DNA of 64,000 nucleotides, taken from contig CAVYRF010000002.1 in the NCBI GenBank assembly GCA_963770895.1, positions 372,354-436,353 of the forward strand, written 5' to 3'. This stretch comes from an uncultured Acidobacteriota bacterium. Its GTDB lineage: Bacteria > Acidobacteriota > Thermoanaerobaculia > Multivoradales > UBA5704. The notes beneath the pieces were generated by a model. It ran no database searches, was not told the DNA's origin, and worked only from the letters and a program-made list of their open reading frames with translations. The position numbers were made by a program, and so were the translations under genes. Below, in pieces: positions 8,775 to 19,126 of this stretch (its first letter is position 1; each line of letters begins with the position of its first letter).

Positions 8775-9797
8775 TCAATGGCCGGTTGTAAGGACCACCC
8801 GGAACCGCGCCTTGCCGCTCATCATGCGCTCGTAGGCCTCGGGCGCGCGCTCCAGGGGGAAGGTCTCGATCATGGCCCGCACCCCGGTCAGGACGCTGAA
8901 CGCCAGCGTGTCCTGCGAATCGATCGACGTGCCGGAGGGCCAGCCCTGGACCGACCGCCGGCCGCCGATGAGCAGCAGCGCGGGCACCGCCAGCGGTTCC
9001 ATGGCGGCGCCCAGGACGATCAGCTTGCCATCGATGCCCAGGCCGCCGAGCGCCGCGGTCATCGCGTCGCCGTTGGTCACGGTCGCCAGGATGACCTTGG
9101 CGCCGCCCAGGCGGGTCAGCTCGGCGGCGACGTCCGTGGCCTGGCTGTCGATGTAGTGGGCGGCGCCGAGCTGCCTGGCCAGGGCCTCCTTGTCCGCCCC
9201 GCGCGCCACGGCGACGGTGCGCAGGCCCGACCTGGCGGCGAACTGGATGCCCAGGTGCCCCAGGCCGCCCACACCGAGCACGGCGACCAGATCGCCCGGT
9301 CGCGCGCCGCTGTGGCGCAAGGCGTTGAACATCGTGATCCCGGCACACATGAGCGGCCCGGCGTCGGCGGCGGACAGGTCGTCCGGGACCAGCGCCAGGG
9401 CGCCGGCGGGAGCGATCATGTAGTCGGCGTAGCCGCCGTCGTAGGTGATCCCCGGAATCTGCGGCGCCACCCGGCAGGTGACGAAGTCGCCGCGGCGGCA
9501 CGAGTCGCAGTGGCCGCAGTGGCCGCCATGCCAGCCCACGCCGACCCGCTGGCCGGGGTCCCAACCGACGACGCCCGCGCCCACCTCGTCGACGATCCCG
9601 GCCACTTCGTGACCCGGCACGCGCGGGTAGGCGATGCCCGGCCAGTGGCCCTCCTTGGTCAGCGAATCGCTATGGCAGATGCCGCAGGCCTGTACCTTGA
9701 TCCGCACGGTGCCGGCGCCCGGCCGCGGGATCTCCCGCTCGACAAGCTGCAGCGGTCCGCCCGCCTGGGGAACTTCAACGACGCGCATCGTGGTCAT
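8775..9797 (-). CDS. zinc-dependent alcohol dehydrogenase (MDR superfamily)
   Basis: GICHSD...GHEVAGIVDEVG...GHCGHCDSCRRGDFVTC (catalytic and structural Zn ligands) and the NAD-binding motif VLGVGGLGHLGIQFA. Confidence 0.85.
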   Translation of the reverse strand: MTTMRVVEVPQAGGPLQLVEREIPRPGAGTVRIKVQACGICHSDSLTKEGHWPGIAYPRVPGHEVAGIVDEVGAGVVGWDPGQRVGVGWHGGHCGHCDSCRRGDFVTCRVAPQIPGITYDGGYADYMIAPAGALALVPDDLSAADAGPLMCAGITMFNALRHSGARPGDLVAVLGVGGLGHLGIQFAARSGLRTVAVARGADKEALARQLGAAHYIDSQATDVAAELTRLGGAKVILATVTNGDAMTAALGGLGIDGKLIVLGAAMEPLAVPALLLIGGRRSVQGWPSGTSIDSQDTLAFSVLTGVRAMIETFPLERAPEAYERMMSGKARFRVVLTTGH

Positions 9798-9816
9798 GGC
9801 ATCTCCTCTCTCGGGT

Positions 9817-11625
9817 CTATTTGCGGCGGTTGGCGGCCAGGGTGCGCTTGCGCAGGCGCACCGCCTCGGGGGTCACCTCGACCAGCTCGTCCTCGCGGAT
9901 GAACTCCAGCGCCTGCTCGAGGTTCATCAGCCGCGGCGGGATCAGGCGGATCATGTCGTCGGAGCCCGAGGCGCGCATGTTGGAGAGCTTCTTTTCCTTG
10001 GTGACGTTGACGTCCAGGTCGTTGCCGCGGGCGTGCTCGCCGATCACCATGCCCTCGTACACCTCGTCGCCCGGCGACAGGAAGAGCACGCCGCGCGGCT
10101 GCAGGTTCTCGATCGAATAGGCGGTGGCGCGCCCCTGGCGGTCGGCGACCAGGGCGCCGGTGGCGCGATGCTCGATGTCGCCCTGCCACGGCTCCCAGCC
10201 GTCGAACAGGTGGTTCATGATGCCGGTGCCGCGAGTTTCGGTCAGGAACTCGGCGCGGAAACCGATCAGGCCGCGGGACGGGACGCGAAACTCGATGCGC
10301 ACGCGGCCCGATCCGTGATTGCTCATCTTCATCATGCGGCCGCGGCGAGCGCCCATCTTCTGCGTCACCACGCCGATGAACTCTTCGGGACAATCGATCA
10401 CCAGCATCTCCATCGGCTCGTGCAGGCGCCCGTCCACCGTGCGGGTGATCGCCTGCGGCTTGCCGACCGACAGCTCGAAACCTTCCCGCCGCATCATTTC
10501 GATCAGGATCGCCAGCTGCAGCTCGCCGCGCCCCGAGACGCGGAAGGCGTCCGCCGTCTCGGTCATGTCGACGCGGATCGAAACGTTGATCAGGCGCTCG
10601 CGCTCCAGCCGTTCCTTCAGTTTGCGCGAGGTGACGTGCTTGCCCTCGCGGCCCGAAAACGGCGAGTCGTTGATCGACAGCACCATGGTGATGGTCGGCT
10701 CGTCCACCTGGATCGGCGGCAGCGGCCGGGGATTGTCGCGCTCCGACAGGGTTTCGCCGATCTCCATCTCCTCCAGGCCCGCCACCGCCACGATGTCGCC
10801 GGGACCGGCCTCGCTCACTTCGACGCGGCGCAGGCCGTCGTAGCCGTACAGCACGCTCACCTTGGCCGGCGCCGCCTGACCGTCGAGCCGGCAGAGCGCA
10901 ATCTCCTGCGCCTTGCGCAGGCGGCCGTTGAAAATGCGGCCGATGGCCAGCCGCCCCACGTAGTCGTCGTAGTCGAGGGTCGTCACCAGCATCTGCAGCG
11001 GCATGGCGGGATCGTAGGACGGCGCCGGCACCGTGCGCAGGATCTCTTCGAACAGCGGCGCCAGCGTTTCGTCCTCGCCCTGCGGCGTACGCCGGCAGGT
11101 GCCGGCGCGGGCGTTGCAATACAGCACGGGGAAATCGAGCTGCTCCTCGCCGGCTTCCAGGTCGATGAACAGATCGAAGACCTCGTTGAGCACCTCGGCG
11201 GGACGGGCGTCGGAGCGGTCGATCTTGTTGATCACGACGATCGGCGGCAGGTGCGCTTCGAGCGCCTTCTTGAGGACGAAGCGGGTCTGCGGCAGCGGCC
11301 CTTCCGACGCGTCCACCAGCAGCAGGACGCCATCCACCATCTTGAGCGTGCGCTCCACCTCGCCGCCGAAATCGGCGTGGCCCGGCGTGTCGACGATGTT
11401 GATGCGGGTGCCGTGATAGAGGATGGCGGTGTTCTTCGCCATGATCGTGATGCCCTTTTCGCGCTCCAGATCGATCGAATCCATCACCCGCTCCGCCACC
11501 GTCTGGTGCTCGCGGAAAATGCCGCTCTGCCACAACATGGCGTCCACCAAGGTGGTCTTTCCGTGATCGACGTGGGCGATGATCGCCAGGTTGCGTACGT
11601 CGTCGCGTCTCTCGATCCTCTGCAT
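9817..11625 (-). CDS. typA: translational GTPase TypA/BipA
   Basis: [20 protein letters not shown] (G1), [14 protein letters not shown] (G3), NKIDR (G4). The 602-aa length fits the BipA domain layout. Confidence 0.9.
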   Translation of the reverse strand: MQRIERRDDVRNLAIIAHVDHGKTTLVDAMLWQSGIFREHQTVAERVMDSIDLEREKGITIMAKNTAILYHGTRINIVDTPGHADFGGEVERTLKMVDGVLLLVDASEGPLPQTRFVLKKALEAHLPPIVVINKIDRSDARPAEVLNEVFDLFIDLEAGEEQLDFPVLYCNARAGTCRRTPQGEDETLAPLFEEILRTVPAPSYDPAMPLQMLVTTLDYDDYVGRLAIGRIFNGRLRKAQEIALCRLDGQAAPAKVSVLYGYDGLRRVEVSEAGPGDIVAVAGLEEMEIGETLSERDNPRPLPPIQVDEPTITMVLSINDSPFSGREGKHVTSRKLKERLERERLINVSIRVDMTETADAFRVSGRGELQLAILIEMMRREGFELSVGKPQAITRTVDGRLHEPMEMLVIDCPEEFIGVVTQKMGARRGRMMKMSNHGSGRVRIEFRVPSRGLIGFRAEFLTETRGTGIMNHLFDGWEPWQGDIEHRATGALVADRQGRATAYSIENLQPRGVLFLSPGDEVYEGMVIGEHARGNDLDVNVTKEKKLSNMRASGSDDMIRLIPPRLMNLEQALEFIREDELVEVTPEAVRLRKRTLAANRRK

Positions 11626-11739
11626 CAGGGCATGACCTCGTCAGGCATATGAATGGGTGCGTGCGGACCGGCGGGAAACCGTGCGGCCCCAGGGGGACGG
11701 GGAGGATACCACAGGGGCTGGTGGCGATAGGATCGCCGG

Positions 11740-13254
11740 ATGCGTGGCGCCGCCGCCTTCCTGCTCCTTCTTGCCCTGGCCGGCAGCGGGCCGGCGCCCG
11801 CGGCGCCACCGGCATCCCCGGCGGCGCCCGCGCCTGCCGCCGGTGCGGCACCCGCCGGGCCGGCGCCGCCGCAGGCCGGCGACGAACCGCTGGTGCGCGG
11901 GCAGCTGATCCAGACGGTGCACGCCGCCGGTCAGCCCGGCGAAACCTACGCGCTGTACCTGCCGGCCGCCTACAGCGCCGACCGGGCCTGGCCGATCGTC
12001 TACCTGCTCGACCCGCGCGGGCGGGGCGACCGCGCGGCGCGGCTGTTCCAGGCCGGCGCCGAGCGCTTCGGCTACTGCCTGGCCAGCTCCTACAACTCGC
12101 TGAGCGACGGGCCGCTGGCGCCGACCGTCGCGGCGATGCAGGCGATGTGGAACGACACCCACCGGCGCCTGCGCCTGGACGACCGCCGCCTCTACGCCGC
12201 CGGGTTTTCCGGCACCGTCCGCGCCGCGGTCCTGCTCGGGCTGCGCGCGCCGGGCACCTTCGCGGCCATCATCGGCGCCGCCGCCGGCTGGCCCGAAGGG
12301 CAGCCGCCGACGCGGGACACGGCGCTGCCGTTTTTCGGCACCGTCGGCAATCACGACTTCAACTACGACGAGATGATGCTGCTGGAGGAGCGCCTGGACG
12401 CGCTCGGCTCGCCGCACCACTTCGAGGTCTTCGACGGCACCCATCAATGGATGCCGGCCGAGCTGGCGACCGCCGCCCTGGCCTGGGTGACGCTCGGCGC
12501 CCTGCGCGCCGGCAGCCACCCCGCCGACCCGGCGCTGGTCGCCGCGCTGTTCGCGCCGCGCCTGGCCGCGGCGCGCGCCCTTGACGGCGGGCACCTCGAC
12601 CAGGCGGCACGCGCCTGGCGCCAGCTGGCGGACGACTTTCAGGGTCTGCTCCCCGCCGCCGACATGGACCCGGTGGCGCACCGCGCCGCCGAGCTGGCGG
12701 CGATGCCCGCCGTCGTCGCCGCGGCCAGGCGGCGCGCCGAACGCGTGCGCGGCGAGCAGCTCGCCACCGCGGCGGCGCTCCATACCCTGGCGGCGGCCCT
12801 GGACGACGCGCCCAGCGAGGCGACGTCGCTGCCGCGCCTGCTCGCCGATCTGCACCTGGGCGAGCTGCAGGCGCGGGCTCGCTCGAAGACCGATCCCGAC
12901 GACAGCCTGGCGGCGCAGCGGCAGCTCAACTCCCTGCTGGTGCAGACGTCGTTCTACCTGCCGCGCCAATATGCCGCGCACCAGCAGGACGACCGCGCCC
13001 TGCTGGCGCTCGCGGTCGCCGCCGAGATCGACCCGCACGACGCCGACACCTGGTACCAGAGCGCGGCAGCCAACGCCCGCCTGGGGCGCCGCCGCCAGGC
13101 GCTCAAGATGCTGGAGCGGGCGGCGGACGCCGGCTTCGGCGACGCCGACCGGCTGGCCAACGACGCCGACTTTGCACCGCTGCGGGGCGATGCCGACTTT
13201 GCGCGCCAGCTGGCCCGCGTGCGCGCGGCGGCGGCGGCGCACGGCCCCGCCTGA
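11740..13254 (+). CDS. secreted esterase / alpha-beta hydrolase (PHB-depolymerase-type esterase family) with a C-terminal helical TPR-like region
   Basis: A signal peptide MRGAAAFLLLLALAGSG is followed by YALYLPAAYSADRAWPIVYLLDPRGRG...RRLYAAGFSGTV (nucleophile elbow GFSG). The C-terminal half is Ala/Leu-rich and helical. Confidence 0.55.
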   Translation: MRGAAAFLLLLALAGSGPAPAAPPASPAAPAPAAGAAPAGPAPPQAGDEPLVRGQLIQTVHAAGQPGETYALYLPAAYSADRAWPIVYLLDPRGRGDRAARLFQAGAERFGYCLASSYNSLSDGPLAPTVAAMQAMWNDTHRRLRLDDRRLYAAGFSGTVRAAVLLGLRAPGTFAAIIGAAAGWPEGQPPTRDTALPFFGTVGNHDFNYDEMMLLEERLDALGSPHHFEVFDGTHQWMPAELATAALAWVTLGALRAGSHPADPALVAALFAPRLAAARALDGGHLDQAARAWRQLADDFQGLLPAADMDPVAHRAAELAAMPAVVAAARRRAERVRGEQLATAAALHTLAAALDDAPSEATSLPRLLADLHLGELQARARSKTDPDDSLAAQRQLNSLLVQTSFYLPRQYAAHQQDDRALLALAVAAEIDPHDADTWYQSAAANARLGRRRQALKMLERAADAGFGDADRLANDADFAPLRGDADFARQLARVRAAAAAHGPA

Positions 13255-13356
13255 GAGTCCTCTGGTCGTCCGCGCGCCTGGCGCGGCTCGCGGTCCGGCC
13301 GCGGGGCCGCGGAGCCGCGCATGGATCTTGCTTCCAGCGGGAGGGCTCGTTCGCCC

Positions 13357-14844
13357 ATGACAACGCGAAACATCATCTGCTGCCTGCTCCTGTGCGCCGC
13401 CGCCGGCCTGGCGACGGCGCCTGCCCAGGCCGAGGAAACCCTGTCCTACGGCCGTTTTGGCGTGGTGACCCTGTACCACGACACACCCCACCCGCGGCAC
13501 GTGGTGCTGTTCTTTTCCGGCGACGGCGGCTGGAACCTGGGCGTGGTCGATATGGCACGTACCCTGGCGAAAATGGACGCCCTGGTCGTCGGCATCAACC
13601 TGCCGCGCTACCTGAAGGCCTTCGACGCGGCGGGCGGCAGCTGCTCCTACCCCGCCAGCGACGTCGAGCTGCTCAGCAAGTACGTCCAGAAAAAGCTCGG
13701 CTTCCCCACCTATACCCCGCCGGTCCTGGTCGGCTACTCGTCGGGCGCCACCCTGGTCTACGCCCTGCTGGTGGAGGCGCCGCCCAACACCTTCGCGGGC
13801 GCGATCAGCATGGGCTTCTGCCCCGACCTGCCGCTCAAGAAGCCGATGTGCGCCGGCCACGGCCTCACCTGGGGCCCCGGCCCCAAGGGCAAGGGCGTCA
13901 GCTTCAAGCCCACCGCCACCCTGGAGCAGCCGTGGATCGCCTTCCAGGGGACGATCGACCAGGTCTGCTCGCCCCAGGACGTCGCGGCCTACGTGCGCCA
14001 GGTGAAAAACGGCGAAGCGGTGATGCTGCCCAAGGTCGGCCACGGCTTTTCGGTGACCGCCAACTGGGAGCCGCAGTTCAAGGCGGCGTTCCTCAAGCTG
14101 ACGGCGGCCGCTGCCACCCCGGCTGCGCCGCCCCCACCACCGGCCGCACCGGCGGCACCTCCCGCGGCCGCCGCGGGCGCCAGGCCGGGCCTGCCCGCGG
14201 CCGCGCCGCCGCCGGTGGGCGACCTGCCGCTGATCGAGATGCCCGCCAAGACGCCGGCCGGCAACATGCTGGCGATCATCGTCTCGGGTGACGGCGGCTG
14301 GGCCGGCATCGACCGCGAAGTGGGCACCGACCTGAGCGCCAAGGGCATACCGGTCGTGGGCCTCAACTCGCTGCAGTATTTCTGGAGCGCCAAAAACCCC
14401 GACGTCGCCGCCGCCGACCTGCAGCGCATCGCGCGCCACTACCTGGCGGTATGGGGCCGCGAGCAGCTGCTGCTGGTCGGCTACTCGCTCGGCGCCGACG
14501 TGCTGCCCTTCATGGTGGACCGGCTGCCGGCAGACCTGCAGAACCGCATCCGCCTGATCGCGCTGCTCGGGCCGAGCCTGCGCACCAGCTTCGAGTTCCA
14601 CGTCGGCGACTGGCTGGGCGCCGGCGACGGCGGCGACCTGCCGGTGCTGCCCGAAGTCGGCAAGCTGCGCGGCCGGCCGCTGCTCTGCCTCTACGGCCAG
14701 GACGAAACCGACAGCCTGTGCACCCGCATCGGCGCCCTGGGCAAGGCCGTCGCCTTCCAGGGCTCCCATCACTTCAACGGCGCCTATTCGTCGCTGGCCG
14801 AGCGCATCCTGCACGAAGCGCAAACCGCGGGCGGCGCCAAATGA
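13357..14844 (+). CDS. AcvB/VirJ family protein (N-terminal hydrolase-like domain plus C-terminal VirJ domain), with a signal peptide
   Basis: MTTRNIICCLLLCAAAGLATAPAQA is the signal peptide. It is followed by VVLFFSGDGGW..., then IIVSGDGGWAGIDREVG...VGYSLGADVLPF...GSHHF, the VirJ/AcvB signature. Confidence 0.7.
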   Translation: MTTRNIICCLLLCAAAGLATAPAQAEETLSYGRFGVVTLYHDTPHPRHVVLFFSGDGGWNLGVVDMARTLAKMDALVVGINLPRYLKAFDAAGGSCSYPASDVELLSKYVQKKLGFPTYTPPVLVGYSSGATLVYALLVEAPPNTFAGAISMGFCPDLPLKKPMCAGHGLTWGPGPKGKGVSFKPTATLEQPWIAFQGTIDQVCSPQDVAAYVRQVKNGEAVMLPKVGHGFSVTANWEPQFKAAFLKLTAAAATPAAPPPPPAAPAAPPAAAAGARPGLPAAAPPPVGDLPLIEMPAKTPAGNMLAIIVSGDGGWAGIDREVGTDLSAKGIPVVGLNSLQYFWSAKNPDVAAADLQRIARHYLAVWGREQLLLVGYSLGADVLPFMVDRLPADLQNRIRLIALLGPSLRTSFEFHVGDWLGAGDGGDLPVLPEVGKLRGRPLLCLYGQDETDSLCTRIGALGKAVAFQGSHHFNGAYSSLAERILHEAQTAGGAK

Positions 14845-14855
14845 GGAGGACCAGG

Positions 14856-17800
14856 ATGGGGTCGACCCGACGGAGCTTCGGCGGCACCTTCACCGCGGCG
14901 CTCGTGGCGAGCGCGGCGCTGGCAGCGGTTGCGGCGGGAGTAGCCGGCGCGGCGACTCCGGGGACGCCGGCGGCCCCGGCGGTGGCGGCAGCCCCGACGC
15001 CCAAGGCGGCGCACGCCGCGCCGGCCCCGCCGCCCGCCGCGGCCGTCGAGCATCAGACCTACGGCCGCTTCGGCCAGGTTTCGATCTACCGCCACGGCAG
15101 CCAGCCGGCAGGCATCGTGGTGCTGGTGTCGGACGACGAAGGCTGGGACGGCCGCGCCGACGAGATGGCGCGCGACCTCGAATCGGTCAACACCCTGGTC
15201 ATCGGCCTCGACCTGCCCTACTACGAGCGCCGCTCCGAACGCCTCACCCAGGACTGCTCCTACCCCGCCGGCGACTTCGAGATGCTGTCGAAGCTGGTGC
15301 AAAAGAAGCTCGACCTGCCGACCTATACGCCCCCCATCGTCGCCGGCATCGGCAGCGGCGCCACCCTCGCCTATGGCGCCCTGGCCCAGGCGCCCAGCGG
15401 CACCTTCGCCGGCGCCATCAGCCTGGGCTTCTGCCCGCGGCTCGAAGAGGCGCACCCGCTCTGCACCGGCCGCGGCCTGGTCAGCAAGGCCCTGCCGGGA
15501 GGCGAATCCTTCCGCCTCGAACCGATCGCCAGCGTCGATCAGCCCTGGCTGCTGGTGCCGCCCCTGCCGGCGCCAGGCGAAACCGCGCAATGCGGCGACC
15601 CCACCACTCCCGAAGCCTTCGCCGCCAAGGTGAAGGGCGCCGTGGTGATCGCGCCGCCCAAGAAGAACGGCAAGAAGGAAGCGGCGGCCGACCTGCGCGC
15701 CGGCTCGGGCCTCAAGCAGGCCTTCCTGCGGGCGGTGAACACCACCGACCTGTCGGTCCCGCCGGCGACGCCGGTGCGCCGGAAGGTGGCCGACCTCCCC
15801 ATCCTGGAGCTGCCGGTGCCGGGCACCACCGGCGACACCCTGGCGGTCGTCGTCTCGGGCGACGGCGGCTGGACGGGGCTCGATCGCGACGTCGCCAGCG
15901 AGCTCGCCACCCAGGGGTTTCCGGTCGTCGGCATCAACTCGCTGCAGTACTTCTGGACGCCGCGCACCCCCGAAAGCGCCGCCGCCGACCTGGCCCGCAT
16001 CCTGCGCGCCTACATGCCGGCCTGGAACCGCAAGGACTTCATGCTGGTCGGCTACTCGCTGGGCGCCGAAGTCCTGCCCTTCATGGCCGCGCGGCTGCCC
16101 GCCGACCTGCAATCCAAGCTCAAGCTGGTGGCGATGATCGGCCCCACCCGCACCACCAGCTTCAAGTTCGAGCTCAGCGAATGGCTGGGCCATGGCGGCG
16201 GCGAAAATCGCCCCGTCCTGCCGGAAGTCATCAAGCTCAAAGGCAAGGCCGCGGTCGCCTGCATCTTCGGCGCCTCCGAGAAGGCCACCAGCCTCTGCCC
16301 CATCCTCGGCAACGCCGGCACGCCCATCGCCCTCAAGGGCGCCCACTACCTGGGCAACAACCCGCAGGCGGTCACCTACCAGATCGTGCACGCCATGCCT
16401 GCCGCCGCGCCGCCACCCCCGCCGCCGGCCAAGCCCGACGAAGGCACGACCAAAAAGCCCCAGCACCCGGCCGCGCCGCCGCCGGGAAGCGCGCCGGCGC
16501 CGGCCACCGGCAACGGCTCAGGCTCGGGTTCAGGCTCGGGCTCGCAAGCTCCGACGGTGACCATCGGGAGCGCGCCGGCGAACCGCATCGCCCTGCTGGC
16601 CGGCTTCGGCGCCGGGTTGGGCGCCGGTTTCGCCAGCCCCGGCCCCGCCCCCGGCGGCAAGGCCGTGCCGGCGGCGGCGCCATCGCCCGGCCCCGCCCCG
16701 GGTGGCGCCGAGGAGACCACGCAATACGGCCGCTTCGGCACCCTCCACCTGGTGCGCCAGCACCCGCACCCCGGCCAGGTCGTGCTGCTCTTCTCCGGCG
16801 AGCAGGGCTGGGACGCCACCGCCGCGGCCATGGCGCAGGGCTTTGCGGCGCGCGACTTCCTGGCCGTGGGCATCGACACCGCCCACTACCTGGGAAAGGT
16901 CGCGGCGCAGCACGACAGCTGCGCCTACACCGCGGGCAGCCTGGAAAACCTCAGCAAGGTGGTGCAGAAGCGGCTCGCCTTCCCGCGCTACGTCCATCCC
17001 GTCGTGGCCGGCTTCGGCGGCGGCGCCGCGCTCGCCTACGGCGCGCTCGCCCAGGCGCCGCCCAATACCTTCCAGGGCGGCATCGGCCTGGATTTCTGCC
17101 CCCTGCTGCCGGCCGGGCAGACCCTCTGTCCAGGCCACGGCCTGGCCGAGCGCAAGACGGCCAAGGGGGCGTTCGAACTGCTCCCCGGAAAGGGCCTGTT
17201 GCAGCCATGGATCGCCCTGCAGCCGGCGGCCACCAATCCGTCCTGCCCCGCCGCCACCGGCACCGCCATCGCGGCGCTGGCCACCGCGGCGCCCGGAGGC
17301 GCGGCGCTCACCCTGGCCGCGGCGGACCGCACCCTCAGCCAGCCGGCGCAGTGGCTAGGCGACCTGCGCCAGGCGATCGACCGCCTGCTGACGCGCGCCG
17401 CCCTGCCCACCGCCACCGCCGGCGTGCACGAGGTCGCAGGCTCGCCCGCTCTCCCCGACCTGCCGGTCATCGAGATGACCGGCGACACCGCCGCCGGCAA
17501 GGGTGCCGATCCCGCCGGCGCAGGCAGCGGCAACGCAACGGGCGGCGGCGCAAGCGGCGGCGGCGCGTCCGCCAAGCCGCTGGTCGTGGTGCTCTCCGGC
17601 GACGGCGGCTGGACCGGCGTCGATCGCGAAGTCGGCAAGATCCTGGCAGGCCGCGACGGCATGCCCGTCGTCGGCCTCGATTCGCTCAGCTACTTCTGGA
17701 ACGGCCGCACCCCCGCCGCCGCGGCGGCGGACCTGGCGCGCGTCCTGCGCCACTACCTGGCGGCCTGGAAGCGCGACCAGGTGGTGCTCGTCGGCTACTC

Positions 17801-18164
17801 GCTGGGCGCCGACGTGCTCCCCTTCCTGACCAGCCGCCTGCCCGCCGACCTGCTCGCCAAGGTGCGCCTGGTCGCCCTGCTGGGTCCCAGCCACACCACG
17901 CCCTTTGACATCCGGGTCAAGGACGACAAAGCCACCGAGCTGCCCGTCCTGCCCGAGATCGCCAAGCTGAGCGGCCGGCCCCTGCTCTGCCTGGGCGGCG
18001 AAGGCGAAGCCGACAGCCTCTGCCCAGAAATCGCCCAGCGCGGCCTGGGCCAGGCCGTCGAGCTGCGCGGCTCGCACGCCTTCGACGGCGACTACGCCAC
18101 CCTCGCCTCCCACATCGCCCGCGCCGTCCACGCCCCACCCCACGCCGGCCGCACCGGGGCCTGA
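14856..18164 (+). CDS. fused double AcvB/VirJ protein of 1102 aa (two complete N-domain plus VirJ-domain units in tandem)
   Basis: An RBS GAGGAGG lies 6 nt before ATG 14856. The motif pair (V/L)(V/L)SDDEGW or FSGEQGW, then VVSGDGGWTG...VGYSLGA(E/D)VLPF...G(A/S)H(Y/A), occurs twice. The units are separated by P/A/G-rich linkers (GSGSGSGS). Confidence 0.7.
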   Translation: MGSTRRSFGGTFTAALVASAALAAVAAGVAGAATPGTPAAPAVAAAPTPKAAHAAPAPPPAAAVEHQTYGRFGQVSIYRHGSQPAGIVVLVSDDEGWDGRADEMARDLESVNTLVIGLDLPYYERRSERLTQDCSYPAGDFEMLSKLVQKKLDLPTYTPPIVAGIGSGATLAYGALAQAPSGTFAGAISLGFCPRLEEAHPLCTGRGLVSKALPGGESFRLEPIASVDQPWLLVPPLPAPGETAQCGDPTTPEAFAAKVKGAVVIAPPKKNGKKEAAADLRAGSGLKQAFLRAVNTTDLSVPPATPVRRKVADLPILELPVPGTTGDTLAVVVSGDGGWTGLDRDVASELATQGFPVVGINSLQYFWTPRTPESAAADLARILRAYMPAWNRKDFMLVGYSLGAEVLPFMAARLPADLQSKLKLVAMIGPTRTTSFKFELSEWLGHGGGENRPVLPEVIKLKGKAAVACIFGASEKATSLCPILGNAGTPIALKGAHYLGNNPQAVTYQIVHAMPAAAPPPPPPAKPDEGTTKKPQHPAAPPPGSAPAPATGNGSGSGSGSGSQAPTVTIGSAPANRIALLAGFGAGLGAGFASPGPAPGGKAVPAAAPSPGPAPGGAEETTQYGRFGTLHLVRQHPHPGQVVLLFSGEQGWDATAAAMAQGFAARDFLAVGIDTAHYLGKVAAQHDSCAYTAGSLENLSKVVQKRLAFPRYVHPVVAGFGGGAALAYGALAQAPPNTFQGGIGLDFCPLLPAGQTLCPGHGLAERKTAKGAFELLPGKGLLQPWIALQPAATNPSCPAATGTAIAALATAAPGGAALTLAAADRTLSQPAQWLGDLRQAIDRLLTRAALPTATAGVHEVAGSPALPDLPVIEMTGDTAAGKGADPAGAGSGNATGGGASGGGASAKPLVVVLSGDGGWTGVDREVGKILAGRDGMPVVGLDSLSYFWNGRTPAAAAADLARVLRHYLAAWKRDQVVLVGYSLGADVLPFLTSRLPADLLAKVRLVALLGPSHTTPFDIRVKDDKATELPVLPEIAKLSGRPLLCLGGEGEADSLCPEIAQRGLGQAVELRGSHAFDGDYATLASHIARAVHAPPHAGRTGA

Positions 18165-18168
18165 CGGC

Positions 18169-19092
18169 ATGGCGGGCAGCCGCCGCACCCTGCTCGCCCT
18201 GCACGGGCTCTTCTACGCGGTCTTCGTGCCGCGGGCACTCCTGCGGTGGGGCCCGCCCCTCTGGCGGGCAGCCACCGGAGACCGGCCCGCCGCGGGGGTC
18301 GCTGGCCAAGGCAGCGCCCTGCCGCAGAGCAGCGCGTCGACGCCGGGCGCCCTCACCTCGACCGCAGCGAGGCCCGGCGCCGGTGCCGCCGCCGCCGGAG
18401 ACGCCAGCTCCCAAGCCGCCCATTGGGTGCCACTCGCCCTGCACGGCGTGGCGATGGGGCTGCTCTACCTGAGCATCCTCCGCGCTCGCGGGCCACAGCC
18501 GGAGCGCCGCCGCAACCCATCGCCAGCAGCGGGATCGGCTGCCAGGGAAGGGGAGCGGAAGGGCACGGCCGACCGCGAGCAGTCAGCGCTCAGCCAGGGA
18601 GCGAGTGGAAGCGGCAGGGGCCACGCCGCCATTCACCAAACCGCAGACAGCGGCCACCGGGACGCAGAGTGGCGGGCGGCAAGCGCCTGGCGCCTGAGCG
18701 CAGTGCGCAGGGAAGAACACGGCGAGCGCCTGGTCATTTTGCGCCAGGCCGCAGGCAGCGCAACCGTCCTGGCGAGCGCAGGCCTGGCGGCATGGACGCT
18801 GGCGGTGTTTCGCTCCTGGCGGCTGCTGCCGCGGATCGAAGACCAGCACGAACTGTGCACCGCCGGCCCGTTCCGCTGGGTGCGCCATCCGATCTACCTG
18901 GCCATGGACCTGCTTGCGGCCGGCACCTGGCTGTGGCTGCCCACCGCGCCAGTGGCGGCCTCGGCGGTGCTGGTGGCAGTGGCCGGCGATGTGCGAGGCC
19001 GCGGCGAAGAACGGCAGCTGGCCGCCGCCTTCGGGAGCGCTTACGATCGCTACCGGCGGCGCGTGCGGCGCTTCGTGCCTGGTCTGTATTGA
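18169..19092 (+). CDS. isoprenylcysteine carboxyl methyltransferase / phospholipid methyltransferase (ICMT/PEMT) family membrane protein
   Basis: C-terminal HELCTAGPFRWVRHPIYLAMDLL...EERQLAAAFGSAYDRYRRRVRRFVP matches the ICMT/PEMT motif block. The start overlaps the stop of the VirJ gene. Confidence 0.6.
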   Translation: MAGSRRTLLALHGLFYAVFVPRALLRWGPPLWRAATGDRPAAGVAGQGSALPQSSASTPGALTSTAARPGAGAAAAGDASSQAAHWVPLALHGVAMGLLYLSILRARGPQPERRRNPSPAAGSAAREGERKGTADREQSALSQGASGSGRGHAAIHQTADSGHRDAEWRAASAWRLSAVRREEHGERLVILRQAAGSATVLASAGLAAWTLAVFRSWRLLPRIEDQHELCTAGPFRWVRHPIYLAMDLLAAGTWLWLPTAPVAASAVLVAVAGDVRGRGEERQLAAAFGSAYDRYRRRVRRFVPGLY

Positions 19093-19126
19093 CGGCAGGA
19101 CGCCTACCGCCCAAGCCGCAACCAGC

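Noticed and set aside
8632-9564. N-terminal 311 aa of tracker ORF 7309..9564
   Set aside because: Out-of-frame overlap with the well-supported alcohol dehydrogenase gene. The secreted paralog starts at ATG 8631, where the signal peptide begins and homology to paralog 1 starts.
11641-14823. 1060-aa minus-strand ORF (also 14784..16466, 17355..18188 minus ORFs)
   Set aside because: Antisense to the esterase and VirJ genes, which have clear motifs. Composition is Arg/Gly/Ala-biased and low complexity.
14451-14855. Upstream extension of the double-VirJ ORF overlapping the first VirJ gene
   Set aside because: ATG 14856 has a GAGGAGG RBS and immediately precedes a hydrophobic signal-like segment. 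The extension is out of frame with VirJ-1 and Arg-rich.
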